A stretch of DNA of 63,263 nt, the filler included, from Octopus bimaculoides (Eukaryota): assembly GCF_001194135.2 (NCBI RefSeq). It is 4 parts of 3 records of this genome, joined end to end, with 100 filler letters (N's around TTAATTAATTAA, not from the genome) between each part and the next. Parts side by side here need not be neighbours in the genome. Positions count along the whole stretch, not along the records: positions 22,574 to 48,199 come from NC_068982.1; positions 48,300 to 59,889 come from NC_068984.1; 2 more parts are not named here. One strand, given 5' to 3'. A program made the position numbers and the translations under genes. Positions 37,001 to 48,663 of the stretch are shown piece after piece. Position 1 is the first letter of the stretch. Every line of letters starts with the position of its first letter. The notes beneath the pieces were generated by a model. That model ran no database searches and had not been told where the DNA came from. It was given only the letters and a program-made list of their open reading frames with translations.

Positions 37001-38176
37001 ACACACACATACACGCGTATATTTATACCTTAGAATCTCGGAGTTGTATTCGTATGGCAAGTGATTTGATGTAAGGCAGTCTGTTGAATTCAACGCAATT
37101 ACAGCATGGAGGCCGTGTGAACGTGCAGTTCTTTTTTGACAGAAAAAAAAAGCAGCAAGAAACAAGCACTGAAGAACTGACAGAGTGATTGAAAAAGGAA
37201 ATAGTAAAGAAAAACGAAATAGTAAACTAGAAAGAAAAAGGAAAAAGTAAACTACTGATTAAGAAGTAATACTCTGATTTTGCGTCATATTACACTGAAA
37301 CGTACCATGTTTTTCATTTAGAGGGGTTGGATCTTTCAAGTCGTGCCCTATTTCTAGGCGGTTGACTAATACCATAGAGTTTCGAATAATTTCTTGTAAT
37401 ATATTGAAAGTGGCTAAGTAAAAAATATTCCTAAAGTCAACAGTCATTTACTGTTTTTACTGCTGCTGATAATTTTCTTTTTGTTCAGGCATGCTCTGAC
37501 CCGGCAGACCTATAATGTAAGACATTCAAGGCGTGTCTTTTTATCTAAGAGTACATTATATTAATATTCTACTTTTCTTATTTAAGACAGGATGTGATTT
37601 GACTACAATTATTAACCGTCAAGCGGCTACATTGAGTAACCATTAAAGTACTCGAATTTTATTTTTATTGTCTTAGCTGTGTTTTTTTAACTATAGTTAT
37701 TTCACGATAAATATTGGAAAAAAAAAAACGCCCCCAAAACAATAAAACAGCAACGTAAACATAAAAGCAAAGAAGGAGATAAAAAGATATGTTTTATCCG
37801 ACTCTGAGCATAGAACCATGACTAATAAAATTCTCTAGTGATGAATTTAAAGAGCAGCTTCACTCGAGACACATTGGTGGAAAACATTTCTTATGAGTTG
37901 GAGTTAGATGTGGGAGTGCTTTTAGTGGGACAATCTGGTTGATAAACTGACTACGGAGGCCTCCGTTGTTCCCTATAATTTTAGCATAGTGTCTATGAAA
38001 GTGTTATTACATGTAATTAACTATAAATCTACGATATATCTCAGCGTTCTTTATTTGTCATGTGTTGCTTCGAAAGGCGGAAAAATGTGAATCCCTCCCA
38101 CCCCCCAAAATTCGTATGCTGATATAATGTAGCTACCACATGGGTATTATAAGTGAGTGTGTGAGTGCATGTGCGT

Positions 38177-38225
<49 letters not shown>

Positions 38226-39647
38226 CGTGCGTGTGTATACATACATATAGATGTAGATATATTCACGTATCTACGTATAACATTCCTGCGAATATTTTAT
38301 GTATACGTTAAGTTTTGGTATACGTATATCTTTGAAATAAGCACACAAATATATAGTAATGCATTTATATGTGTCTATATTTGTGTATATATTTGCTTCT
38401 GTTTCTTATTTTCTAATATCAATGGAAATAACTTTCTGATTTCCCTTTAGATTATGTAAATTTGTGTGCGTATATAACGCGTGTATAAACAATAATGATG
38501 ATCATGAAGATAAGGATGACGATGCTGTTGCTTTTGTTGCTGCTGCTGCTGCTGCTGCTGCCGATGATGATGAAGAAAATGATGATAACAACAAGAACTA
38601 CAATAATACAAATTGTTATTTTGATGTTGGAAATCCTTATTATTAGTCTAACCCGTTTTCGAAGTTTTTCTTTCATGCAAGCTTCTATTACGTTACCAGA
38701 TATACTTCAGTGTTCCCGAGGTGTGTTGCATTATTGTCTGTTGGAAGTAGTGTAATATTCTGTTTCTACTCCACAAGTGTTTGTTTCGTTGTTTCTAGTG
38801 TTACCCTAGCGTTTTATCTGATTGATGTGTTTTATGCGCTGATTGAATTGAGTTGTTTTGTTGCAAAGTGATTGTGTATCACAAGAGTAGTGTGAATTGT
38901 GATATTGCGTGGAGTAATGACTGCGTTGCTGGATTTGTTTATTTTGACTATGTATTGGGTAGGTTCAATTATAACTTCTGATGTAGACTCTGTATAATAT
39001 AGGCTGTGTCTGTTATAATATTGGATATCTATTGTTTAGAGTACGTTTTGTGGGAGTTGTGCAGAAAACTTTTCTGTATTAGTTTTTTTTTTATCGAAGT
39101 AGTAGTATTAAGTTTTGGGTGTACAAGGTCGCAAACCTGTTATTCTCCTCAGGGTCTTGTTCAAATTCCTCTCCAGCATACACAGTTTATCTATTTACGT
39201 TAGAATTCTTCACTTTTATAACCTACATCATACTGACAACCGTGTTACGATACTGCCAGTTACATAGATTTCTCTTTTATATTTTTAGTTCCACAATATT
39301 TTGTTAAGAGACTGGGTTGTTGATCAGAGAATATCTGTTCTATTTCCCTCCTTTGCCTATATTAAGCGTGCAGTTAGCTTTCATGAAGAAATCAGAATGT
39401 ACAAGCATGTCCCTGATCGTAGAAAGTCATTGTCCTAAACTAGGCATGGTGCAGTCCAAATAAATTCATGCATAATATTTTCAAGGACATATCCCAGATA
39501 TGCATATACTTACACGCACATAGATACACATAACACAAATACACATATACATACTTACATACATACATACATATATACATACACACACACACATACATAC
39601 ACACATACATATATACATGTATGTGTGTGTGTATGTGTGTGTGCATA

Positions 39648-40253
39648 CAGTATCTCACAAAAATATGTACACTCTAAAGGAAAGTTGCTCTATTCAATAT
39701 TTTATCCACTTATTTTTAAAAATTAAAATGACACCAAAAGGAAAAGAATTGTGTGAAAATTTGATGAAAATTATTCTTAATTTACGCAAGAATGGTTTAG
39801 GATACAAGTTTATTAGCAAACGAATACATATTAGCGTAAACACAATTGCCAAAGTAATTCAGAAGTACAAAGCAATAAAGTTAAGCATAAACATCGTCTA
39901 AGTCGCCATATTTTAACTGCACTTGATATTCGCCACAGCTAACATGATAGACGACAGGCATCGTACCGCTACATCTTTGGCCCAAGAAGTGTCTTCTGTT
40001 ACCGGAAAGAATGTATCCATCCAAACAGTTCGTCGAAGTTTGAACTAGTGTGTTCTTCATGGAAGCATTCCGCGTAGGAAGCCTCTCCTCACTAACAAGC
40101 ATAAATCAAATCGTCTTTCTTTTGCCGAAACCTATGTGAGTAAGGGGAAGGAGTTTTGGACGCGACTAAAATCAACTTATTTGGGTCAGATCGTATTAAA
40201 CGAGTATGGCGACGACCAGATAAAGATAATAGCGACAAATGCACAGTGTCTAC

Positions 40254-40256
<3 letters not shown>
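39648..40256 (+). mobile_element. Tc1-like transposon 5' half (decayed)
   Basis: TA|CAGTATCTCACAAAAATATGTACAC TIR. MTPKGKEL...LGYKFISK..ISVNTIAKVIQKYK...VSIQTVRRSL...PRRKPLL...D.TKINLFGSD..KRVWRRP. Confidence 0.9.
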
Positions 40257-40304
<48 letters not shown>

Positions 40305-40361
40305 AACACACACACACACACGCACATACACACACACACACACACACACAAACAAACACAA

Positions 40362-40393
<32 letters not shown>

Positions 40394-41250
40394 GTATAAT
40401 ATACAATAACTTTAAACATGTATTAAACATACGCATTCATGTACCATACCAATATTCGAATTTGAGCTCCACACATTCATGCATCAATATGCCAATACAA
40501 ATAATTATCTATTTTCATACGTTTATCATTTAACCGTTTATATCTTACATATCTACAAGGTGTATTTATATAATGCTAGAAGACATTTCTTCGTCTGTGT
40601 AGGCAATGCTTGAAGATTTACAATAAAGAATATGTGGAGAATGATCTCGTTAAATATATTTTGCTGCATGTGTCCTATATCATTACAGAAATGAGAAAAC
40701 AGAGTATGTGAATAGACAGGATAATTAACAATAGTCGAGCATGTATTTATAGGGTATTATCAAAAGACTGGTAGAAGGCGTGTAAAAACATTTTGCGGGA
40801 CAATGCGACAAAGTTCCGCGGGGAATACAAGTTAACACTGCCGCGCTGATCCAATAACATTGGGCAAAACTTTACAGAATCTTCCATCTTTCCCGAACCT
40901 TCGAACTTACAAGAATCTTCGAACTTACCATAACCTTCGTTTATGTACAACATGAAATCGTGGATTCATGTAAATTACTGAGAGCTATTACTTTATTGCT
41001 CTTTTTAACAACCAGACGAAGGCGGATGAAGAAAACAATCTTCCTTAAGTCAATGCTACGATGTTATTAATATACTACGACTAAATCATTGTAAACGAAT
41101 TTTTCACTTACTGAAAATTATAAACACTGTAAAACAAATGTACACATACACGACACATACACACACACACACCACACACACACATCGTACCATACAGACA
41201 AGGAATTGATATTTCGAACGCAGTATAGCAGTGAAAACAGCTCAAAGATT

Positions 41251-41345
41251 GGACAATTTAGCTTTGTATGACGGAAAAAAGTTGTCAGTAGACAGCCCCA
41301 AGACTCGAACTCGCATTTCCCGGATACCAGCCGAGTAGTCTGCCA
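41251..41345 (-). mobile_element. tRNA-derived element with B box and oligo-T; GGT anticodon-like loop
   Basis: Minus strand reads TGGCAGACTACTCGGCTGGTATCCGGGAAATGCGAGTTCGAGTC...AACTTTTTT. No good acceptor stem. Confidence 0.6.
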
Positions 41346-41427
41346 ATTTGTTTATATTTGTTGTTGCATTTCAAACGAAGCTTTGTTTATAGAGTTAAGT
41401 TGACGGGGATTGTTGTTAGAAGGCAGT

Positions 41428-41526
41428 TTAAGCCAAGCTGGTAGACTACTCAGCCGGTATCTGGAAAATGCGAGTCTCCGCGTTGTCTGGTGCTAACTTT
41501 TTGTGTCATATAAGACTAAATTATTC
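41428..41526 (+). mobile_element. Second tRNA-derived copy, inverted relative to 41251-41345
   Basis: A-box-like AAGCCAAGCTGGTAGA. Roughly three-quarters identical to the left copy by eye; the B box is partly deleted. Confidence 0.6.
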
Positions 41527-41610
41527 AATAAAATGATGTAAAACAATGTAATCATCTCATCATAGAAATAAAAAAAAAAAAGAAACAGAACACATCAATA
41601 AGCCATTTTA

Positions 41611-41694
41611 TCCCTGATGAGATGATTATATTGTTTTATATAATTTTGTTCCCTCAGGAATAATACCAATGTTTTCTTCGAAACATATGTCGGA
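41611..41694 (+). ncRNA. Minimal type-I hammerhead ribozyme candidate with intact core
   Basis: tcc-CTGATGA-G[long imperfect stem II]C-GAAA-C-ATAT-G-TC-gga. Palindromic stem III ACATATGT and GTC cleavage triplet. Confidence 0.68.
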
Positions 41695-42011
41695 AGTATA
41701 AAGATTTGAACAATACCTGCGTTTAACACCATTTCTTAATTTATCTATTTTATCAAAAACATTTCACTAAACCCAGGAATTTCATCCTTTATAAGTAGGC
41801 TGTAACATCCTTGGCACTTATATGAATTTTTGCTACCCTGGTAACCATTTATTTATTTTCTCCGTGTTATTTGTATACAGTGAAAAAATACACATACATT
41901 TATATTTATATAATATTAGGGATAAAAATCCAAATTTACAGGTAAAAACTCAATTTAATTCAATTTATCAAAACTTAAAATTAAATTAAGTTTCGTAGTA
42001 TATAATATATA

Positions 42012-42131
42012 AAGTAAATACACTAAAAAGAACTATAATAAAATACAAAGTAATAATCATTAAAATTATATTTATTATGTTAGTGATTATTACTTTGTAT
42101 TTGATTATAGTTCTTTTTAGTGTATTTACTT
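42012..42131. repeat. 120-bp AT-rich foldback
   Basis: 52-bp arms (42012-42063, 42080-42131) match at 50/52 positions. Confidence 0.93.
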
Positions 42132-42358
42132 ATTAAATTTTTCTATATGTGACCGTGGATTTTCATGGATGAGTTCATGANNNNNNNNNNNNNNNNNNNN
42201 NNNNNNNNNNNNNNNNNNNNNNNNNNNNNNNNNNNNNNNNNNNNNNNNNNNNNNNNNNNNNNNNNNNNNNNNNNNNNNNNNNNNNNNNNNNNNNNNNNNN
42301 NNNNNNNNNNNNNNNNNNNNNNNNNNNNNNNNNNNNNNNNNNNNNNNNNNNNNNNNNN

Positions 42359-42392
<34 letters not shown>

Positions 42393-42404
42393 CACAGACA
42401 CACG

Positions 42405-42435
<31 letters not shown>

Positions 42436-43189
42436 ATGACTATGTATGCGTGTATATTTTTGTATCTTTTAGTACATTTAGTATGCAAGGCCACCCGAAC
42501 TGATGGCAAATGGAGGAAAATATTCTGAAATCGGAGAATTGGCCAGAGAAAAGATTCTACGAAAAGCACTCCTTGTACCTGATGCTCGTGTTAAGCTTAA
42601 TGATGGATTAAGTTTTCCACTCAGTCTGTGACAGAACGCAAAGATCCGATACACAGTCTGTTAATCATCGGTCTAACGTTCTTTCAATTCTGTCGATTCA
42701 TCATGGTAGCAACTTTTCGCTGACCCTAAACGAATGAAAAGCAAAATTGTCTTGAAGTAAAAAGGCCAAGTGTTAAATATATCTATGTAATTTATACTTC
42801 TTGAAAATATTTGTTAAGTCTGGAAAGAATTGTAAAATATCTTATATTCCTATTGTAATTTTTTAATGAAAATTTGATTGTCATGTTTTACAACCGATTT
42901 CCCACCTGCTATGTCGCTTTGCAAAATCTATCCTCATTCTCGTAACATAATATTCCTGTCTCACTCATTAAAGTTCACTTCTTTTCGACTTCTATTCAAT
43001 ATTAAAATATCGCACTCATATTCAGTCGCACAACGCACGAATGCTATATCCGTCTTCGCAGTCAAAAGGAGAAACATTTTCTTGTCTTTACAAGAGGTAT
43101 ATATATTTAAAAGTATGATAATTTAACGTTAGAGCATTCTCGACAATATTTCCAAGCAGTTTAAGTTACGAAAATTAATATTAACAATG

Positions 43190-43380
43190 CATATGGTGGT
43201 GAGCTGACAGAATCATTAGCATGCCGGGCTTAATGCTTAGCGGCATTTCGTCCGTCTTCACATTTTCAGTTCAAATTCCGCCGAGGACGACTTTACCTTT
43301 CATCTTTTCCAGGGACGATAAAATAGTCCCAACTGAGCAGTAGGGTTGATGGCTTTGTGCTCAAAATTTGAAACTTATAT
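43190..43380 (+). mobile_element. SINE family A
   Basis: GGTGGTGAGCTGACAGAATCATTAGC...CAGTTCAAATTCCGCCGAGGACGACTTTACCTTTCATC. Confidence 0.85.
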
Positions 43381-43391
43381 TAAAAACTCAT

Positions 43392-43422
<31 letters not shown>

Positions 43423-44625
43423 GTAGTAAACCAGCGGCTTCATGGTTTGAAATTCTGTTTTAATATATTAACATCTCAAAATCCTATTTCACCAAGGGGA
43501 AAATATACTCGATGTTATGAAATGAAATGCATAGTCTGTGTACTTATCTGTTAATAAATTTATATGTGTGTGTATATGTGTGTGTGTAGCGTTTGTGTGT
43601 GTAATGTGGAGGTAACAGAGACTAACTGTTTTCAGATAATCCTTGTAATAATGTAAATAATGTATGTAGCAAATATTAGTAGCAATAGAACGTTATGTTT
43701 CTATGCGGGAATATACAATCCCGGAAGTAGTGACTTGGTAAGTGTGTGTAGCTTTTACTGCAGCAAATATTCTTTATTCTCAAATGAGTAATAAAATATT
43801 CAAACTTCTAGCTGTAATTTTATTCCATAGAGATGCAAACAATATAAAACTATGTTGCTTGTATTTTTCTAGCGCGATACTCAATTTCACAACAGAATCG
43901 TAAAATTCACTCTCATTATCTGAAATATCTCCCTCCTGTCTGTATCTTTAAAATGATTCAGGATTTTCTGACTTCTGTGTCAGCATTGGAAAACCTCTTT
44001 TTAAAAAGATATACGATGCGCAAGTAGAGTTCTCTGTTTAACCAGATGAAATGAATGAAGAATACTTAGAAGAAGTAAATAATTTTATAATATACAACAA
44101 ATTTGCTTCTCAGCTATCCATAACATGTCCGCTTCATTCAATTTTTGCGAATAAATACTGTAAATAAGAAATAAAAAATTGGATATATGCATATAACTCA
44201 TAGTCCACCAAACTTTGTGTTATGTGATTGAGTGAATAATAAAATCTAAATATACGTATATATGTATATATATATATANNNNNNNNNNNNNNNNNNNNNN
44301 NNNNNNNNNNNNNNNNNNNNNNNNNNNNNNNNNNNNNNNNNNNNNNNNNNNNNNNNNNNNNNNNNNNNNNNNNNNNNNNNNNNNNNNNNNNNNNNNNNNN
44401 NNNNNNNNNNNNNNNNNNNNNNNNNNNNNNNNNNNNNNNNNNNNNNNNNNNNNNNNNNNNNNNNNNNNNNNNNNNNNNNNNNNNNNNNNNNNNNNNNNNN
44501 NNNNNNNNNNNNNNNNNNNNNNNNNNNNNNNNNNNNNNNNNNNNNNNNNNNNNNNNNNNNNNNNNNNNNNNNNNNNNNNNNNNNNNNNNNNNNNNNNNNN
44601 NNNNNNNNNNNNNNNNNNNNNNNNN

Positions 44626-44657
<32 letters not shown>

Positions 44658-44670
44658 TATATATATATAT

Positions 44671-45603
44671 AAGGTCTGATCAATACGTATCAGGACTGTT
44701 GCCGTAGCAACAAAGCACAGTGAAACCGCTTGACACAGATTGACCTCGATCTCTGCTGTGCATGTGCACTAAGTTTTAACGTTCTAGCTCACTTCCGCTC
44801 TTTACAGTAGTGCTTCGAAGTAACGTATGTAACGTGTGATCGTTGTATTGACCATGACAGAGAAAACTGTCATACGGATACCTCCTCAGAGGCCTAGGCA
44901 AAGTTGCAGAAAGTGTAGGGAGAGGAGTGTATGAGCCGTGCACGAGTGGACGAGTGGTTCAAACGTTTCCAAGATGGCAGAAAAATGTTGGTAGTGACGA
45001 ACGTTCTGGGAGACCTGCAACCAGTAGAAGTGAGAAAAACATCGCAGATGTGCGTGCCGGGAAATCGTCGAATCACCATCAGTTATAACTGGTGGCGCTG
45101 GTATAACTGTTGAGGGGAAATCGTCGAATCACCATCCGTGAGTTATCAGAAGACATGCAGATTAGTTAAGGTTCAGTTCATCCAATTATCACTGAAACTT
45201 TGGGTATGAGACGCATGTCTGTCAAGTTTGTGCCAAAACAGATTTCAGCTGACCAAAAACACACTCGGGTTTTAGTTGCAAAAAATCTCCTTGATTGAGT
45301 AGAGAAAGTTGAAAACGTTTTGAAACATTTGCGGGGGCCTTTGAGCAGCTATTGCCGATCTTTGTCAAAACTTGATGCAGATTCTCTGTTCAACTTTCTC
45401 TTTCATGGTCAATGCGACGAACCCATGCTACACACGCTAATTCCAAGCACTGCTGTAAACAGTGGAAGTGAGCTACAACGATAAAACTTAGTGCGCGTGC
45501 ACAGAGGTGGTCAAGATCAATCTGTGCCAAGCGGCTTCACTCTTCGGACTTTAGCTTTATTACTATAGAGACAGTCTAGATACTTGCTGACCAGAGCACC
45601 TTT
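44671..45603 (+). mobile_element. Internally deleted mariner with long (about 150-bp) inverted ends
   Basis: Arms AGGTCTGATCAATACGTATCAGGACTG...AGCTCACTTCCGC and their inverse. HTH region MSRARVDEWFKRFQDGR..DERSGRP...NRRITIRELSEDM. Confidence 0.88.
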
Positions 45604-45797
45604 ATATATATATATATATATATGAGTTCGTGGGGGATGGCGGTGTAAATGAATATAGTTTCGTATATATGTATATCTATGTATGTATATTTTAATGTAG
45701 AACACGTGTGTGCAGTTATCTTGCCATTCTAACTTGATAGTTGAGAGTAGTTATCACCTTCTCCCATATGCGCATATTATTATGTATATCCTTGTTT

Positions 45798-45849
<52 letters not shown>

Positions 45850-45984
45850 ATGTATGTGTTTGTGCGTTTGTGTCTATACGTGTGCGCGTAAATATATATG
45901 CGTAAGTATGTGTCCATGCTCGTGTATATGTTCGCGCGCGCATGCACATGTGTGTGTTTGTTTATCCATTATTATATATATGAT

Positions 45985-46205
45985 ATTAGTTTCAAATTTT
46001 GACATAAGGCCAACAAGTTCGGGGGTGGGTAATAAATCGATTTCATCGACTCCAGTGTCCAACTGGTACTTTTTGTATCGATCTCAGAAAGATGAAAAAT
46101 AAAATCAACCTCAGCGGAATTTGAACTCAGAGAATGAAGATGGACGAAATGCCGCGAAGTATTCTGCCCGGCTTGCTTACGATTGTACCAGTTCGCTGCC
46201 TTGAC
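45985..46205 (-). mobile_element. SINE family A
   Basis: AACTGGTACTTTTTGTATCGATCTCAGAAAGATG...GGAATTTGAACTCAGAG...CCAGTTCGCTGCCTT. Confidence 0.82.
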
Positions 46206-47225
46206 TAAATGCTTAATATGTATAGTAAGTGTGCAGTTTTCTTAGTTTATTGTTTTGTTGTAGATGCTGATTCATGTTAGTGAGTGTATTTATCTATGTT
46301 GATCAATGTGTGTGCTTGTGTATATACGAGTGTTTGCATAGGTGTGGATGTTTACATGTATGTGTTTGTTTGCGTTTATATCTATTTACGTATGTCTATA
46401 TGTATAGCATATGTAGCATGTGTGAGTCTAACTCAGTATTATAATTTTGTGTGTGTGAATATGTGGATGTTAATTTAACTTAGTTTGTGAATTTATGTAT
46501 GTCTATGAGTGAGTGGTTTCGATGGAATTTTTGAAGGAAGGTGTGGATACATTCATAATGCAGAATTCTGTGCTAGCCTCCTATCTTACTGCTATCTTCG
46601 CTATAAAATTTATTATTGTTTGTCATCGTACGATTAATGCTTTGATCCATATGATAAATTCCAATCGACTTTATGTTGATTTACTTCTATACATAGTTAT
46701 TATGATTAATTGCCTTAAAACCTACCGGAAATATGAAGTGAAAGCTTTATGTGTTCGGCATACATCCATATTGTAACATCCATACGTATTTTACTTTAGC
46801 AATTGAAGTATGTCACAAACACATTTTAACTAACCTTGTGGCTACACACTGTTTGGCGCTGGTATAACTGAAATGTTCACAGCCTTGGCGGTCTACTGGT
46901 GCAAATCAGTCAATGTTGGTATGTTTTCGTCATAAAAACTGCTTCGATCAATGTTTGCCCAAAATCAAGATCTTTAGCGAGACTCCACTTTATGTTCGAA
47001 TGTTCCTGATTTTACCCAGACTGCAAGACTGATGCAACGTTGTATGATGCACAACATCCCACCTATAAAGGACAGTTGTAAGATGGATGGAAGCCGTTGT
47101 CGTACAAAATAATGAGTTATACAAATTCCATCTTCTGTTTACTTAATCGATTATTATTACATACATAAACAATTGTCCGAAAATATCATCACGGTATTAT
47201 CTACCGATGATAAATGATGTTGTAG

Positions 47226-47955
47226 TTAGGACAGGTTATAATGAAATCCATCAGAAGGATAACCTTCAGGACAAAGAAAAAACCCACGGAATGGTAGAAG
47301 CCATAGCCACTCATAATAAAATGGAGTACTGGTGAATGTCCCAGTGAAGACCTCAATAAAATGTAAGCACAACAGACCTGATATAATGATTTGGGATAGA
47401 GAAGAGAAACTGTGTACAGGTGTGGAAATTAGCGGCTCAGAGGATGTTAGCATAAAGCTAAGGATCAGTGAAAAAGAGAATTTTTCACTGAACCTTTTAG
47501 AAATCTGCTGTTACTCTATTCAGATTACAAGTTCAGGTTTGTACCTGCAATTATTGGGGGCCCGGAATATGTAACACACTACCTAAATACCAATCTTAAG
47601 AAATTAGGCTTCGAAAACCAGAAAGAAGAAAGATAATTCAAAGACCACAGATACACTTCGTCAATGGAACTGTAAAAATCTGTATAACTTTCTCCAGATG
47701 CTTATCATTTAAATATATTTGAGCATGTCTAGGTATGCAACTATATCCAATAGAATACAAAGATAATACAACACATACATATCTGGACACATACATATCT
47801 GGACACATACATACATACATACATACATACATACATAGACACAAAAATACCCTGTTGTTGGATGTTGAAATTCCAATGAAGGAGCCTTGGATCTAGGTTA
47901 GAAACCGGCTCTTTCTCTATTGGCAACAAACCTTCAAATAAAACTGAACAATGAC
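47226..47955 (+). mobile_element. Second Dong/R4-type LINE 3' end with (ACAT)n in the 3' UTR
   Basis: NVPVKTSIKCKHNRPDIMIWDREEKLCTGVEIS...KLRISEKEN is a PD-(D/E)xK endonuclease, clearly divergent from 24957-25467. Confidence 0.8.
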
Positions 47956-48103
47956 ACATCGATCTTATGGAATTCCTGATGTATATCCAGTAGCAGAAGC
48001 ATTTCCACTGCATTATAACACCAGGTAGACAATAGCTGTGGACGGGCTTTGCATAGCATTCTTCTACAGAGGTTTTTTTCTCCAGAGCATCTTAAACAGT
48101 TGT

Positions 48104-48150
<47 letters not shown>

Positions 48151-48615
48151 ACACATGTGTATATACTTACATACGTCCCCCCCCATATATATATATATAN
48201 NNNNNNNNNNNNNNNNNNNNNNNNNNNNNNNNNNNNNNNNNNNTTAATTAATTAANNNNNNNNNNNNNNNNNNNNNNNNNNNNNNNNNNNNNNNNNNNNT
48301 GTAAATATATGTATATATGTGGTATGTGTGTGTATGTACGTGTGTGTATGTATATACATATATATGTATGTGCGTATACGTAGACATATCCATATAAATA
48401 TTTATCCATATACTCATACCCAAACATATTATATACCCATTTTACTATTTAAACACACACATTTACACACATAAAACGTAAGCAGTAGCCCTATATACAT
48501 TAACCTATATACAGACATTCATTTTCCTTAGCACAGCATATAATTAAATTTACGCGTACACAATTTACATACCGTCTGAAAGCAAAACTTTACCATACAC
48601 AAACACATACAACGA

Positions 48616-48663
<48 letters not shown>

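Noticed and set aside
37489-37516. Exon-like segment with good splice sites
   Set aside because: The sequence matches the reverse of a retroposon tail also seen at about 4100-4150, so it is repeat-derived.
41251-41345. Functional tRNA-Thr(GGT) gene
   Set aside because: The acceptor stem does not pair and the 5' end is truncated; treated as a tRNA-derived repeat.
47951-48024. Apparent first exon MTHRSYGIPDVYPVAEAFPLHYNT with donor CAG|gtagac
   Set aside because: The ATG derives from the LINE tail and no downstream partner exon was identified.
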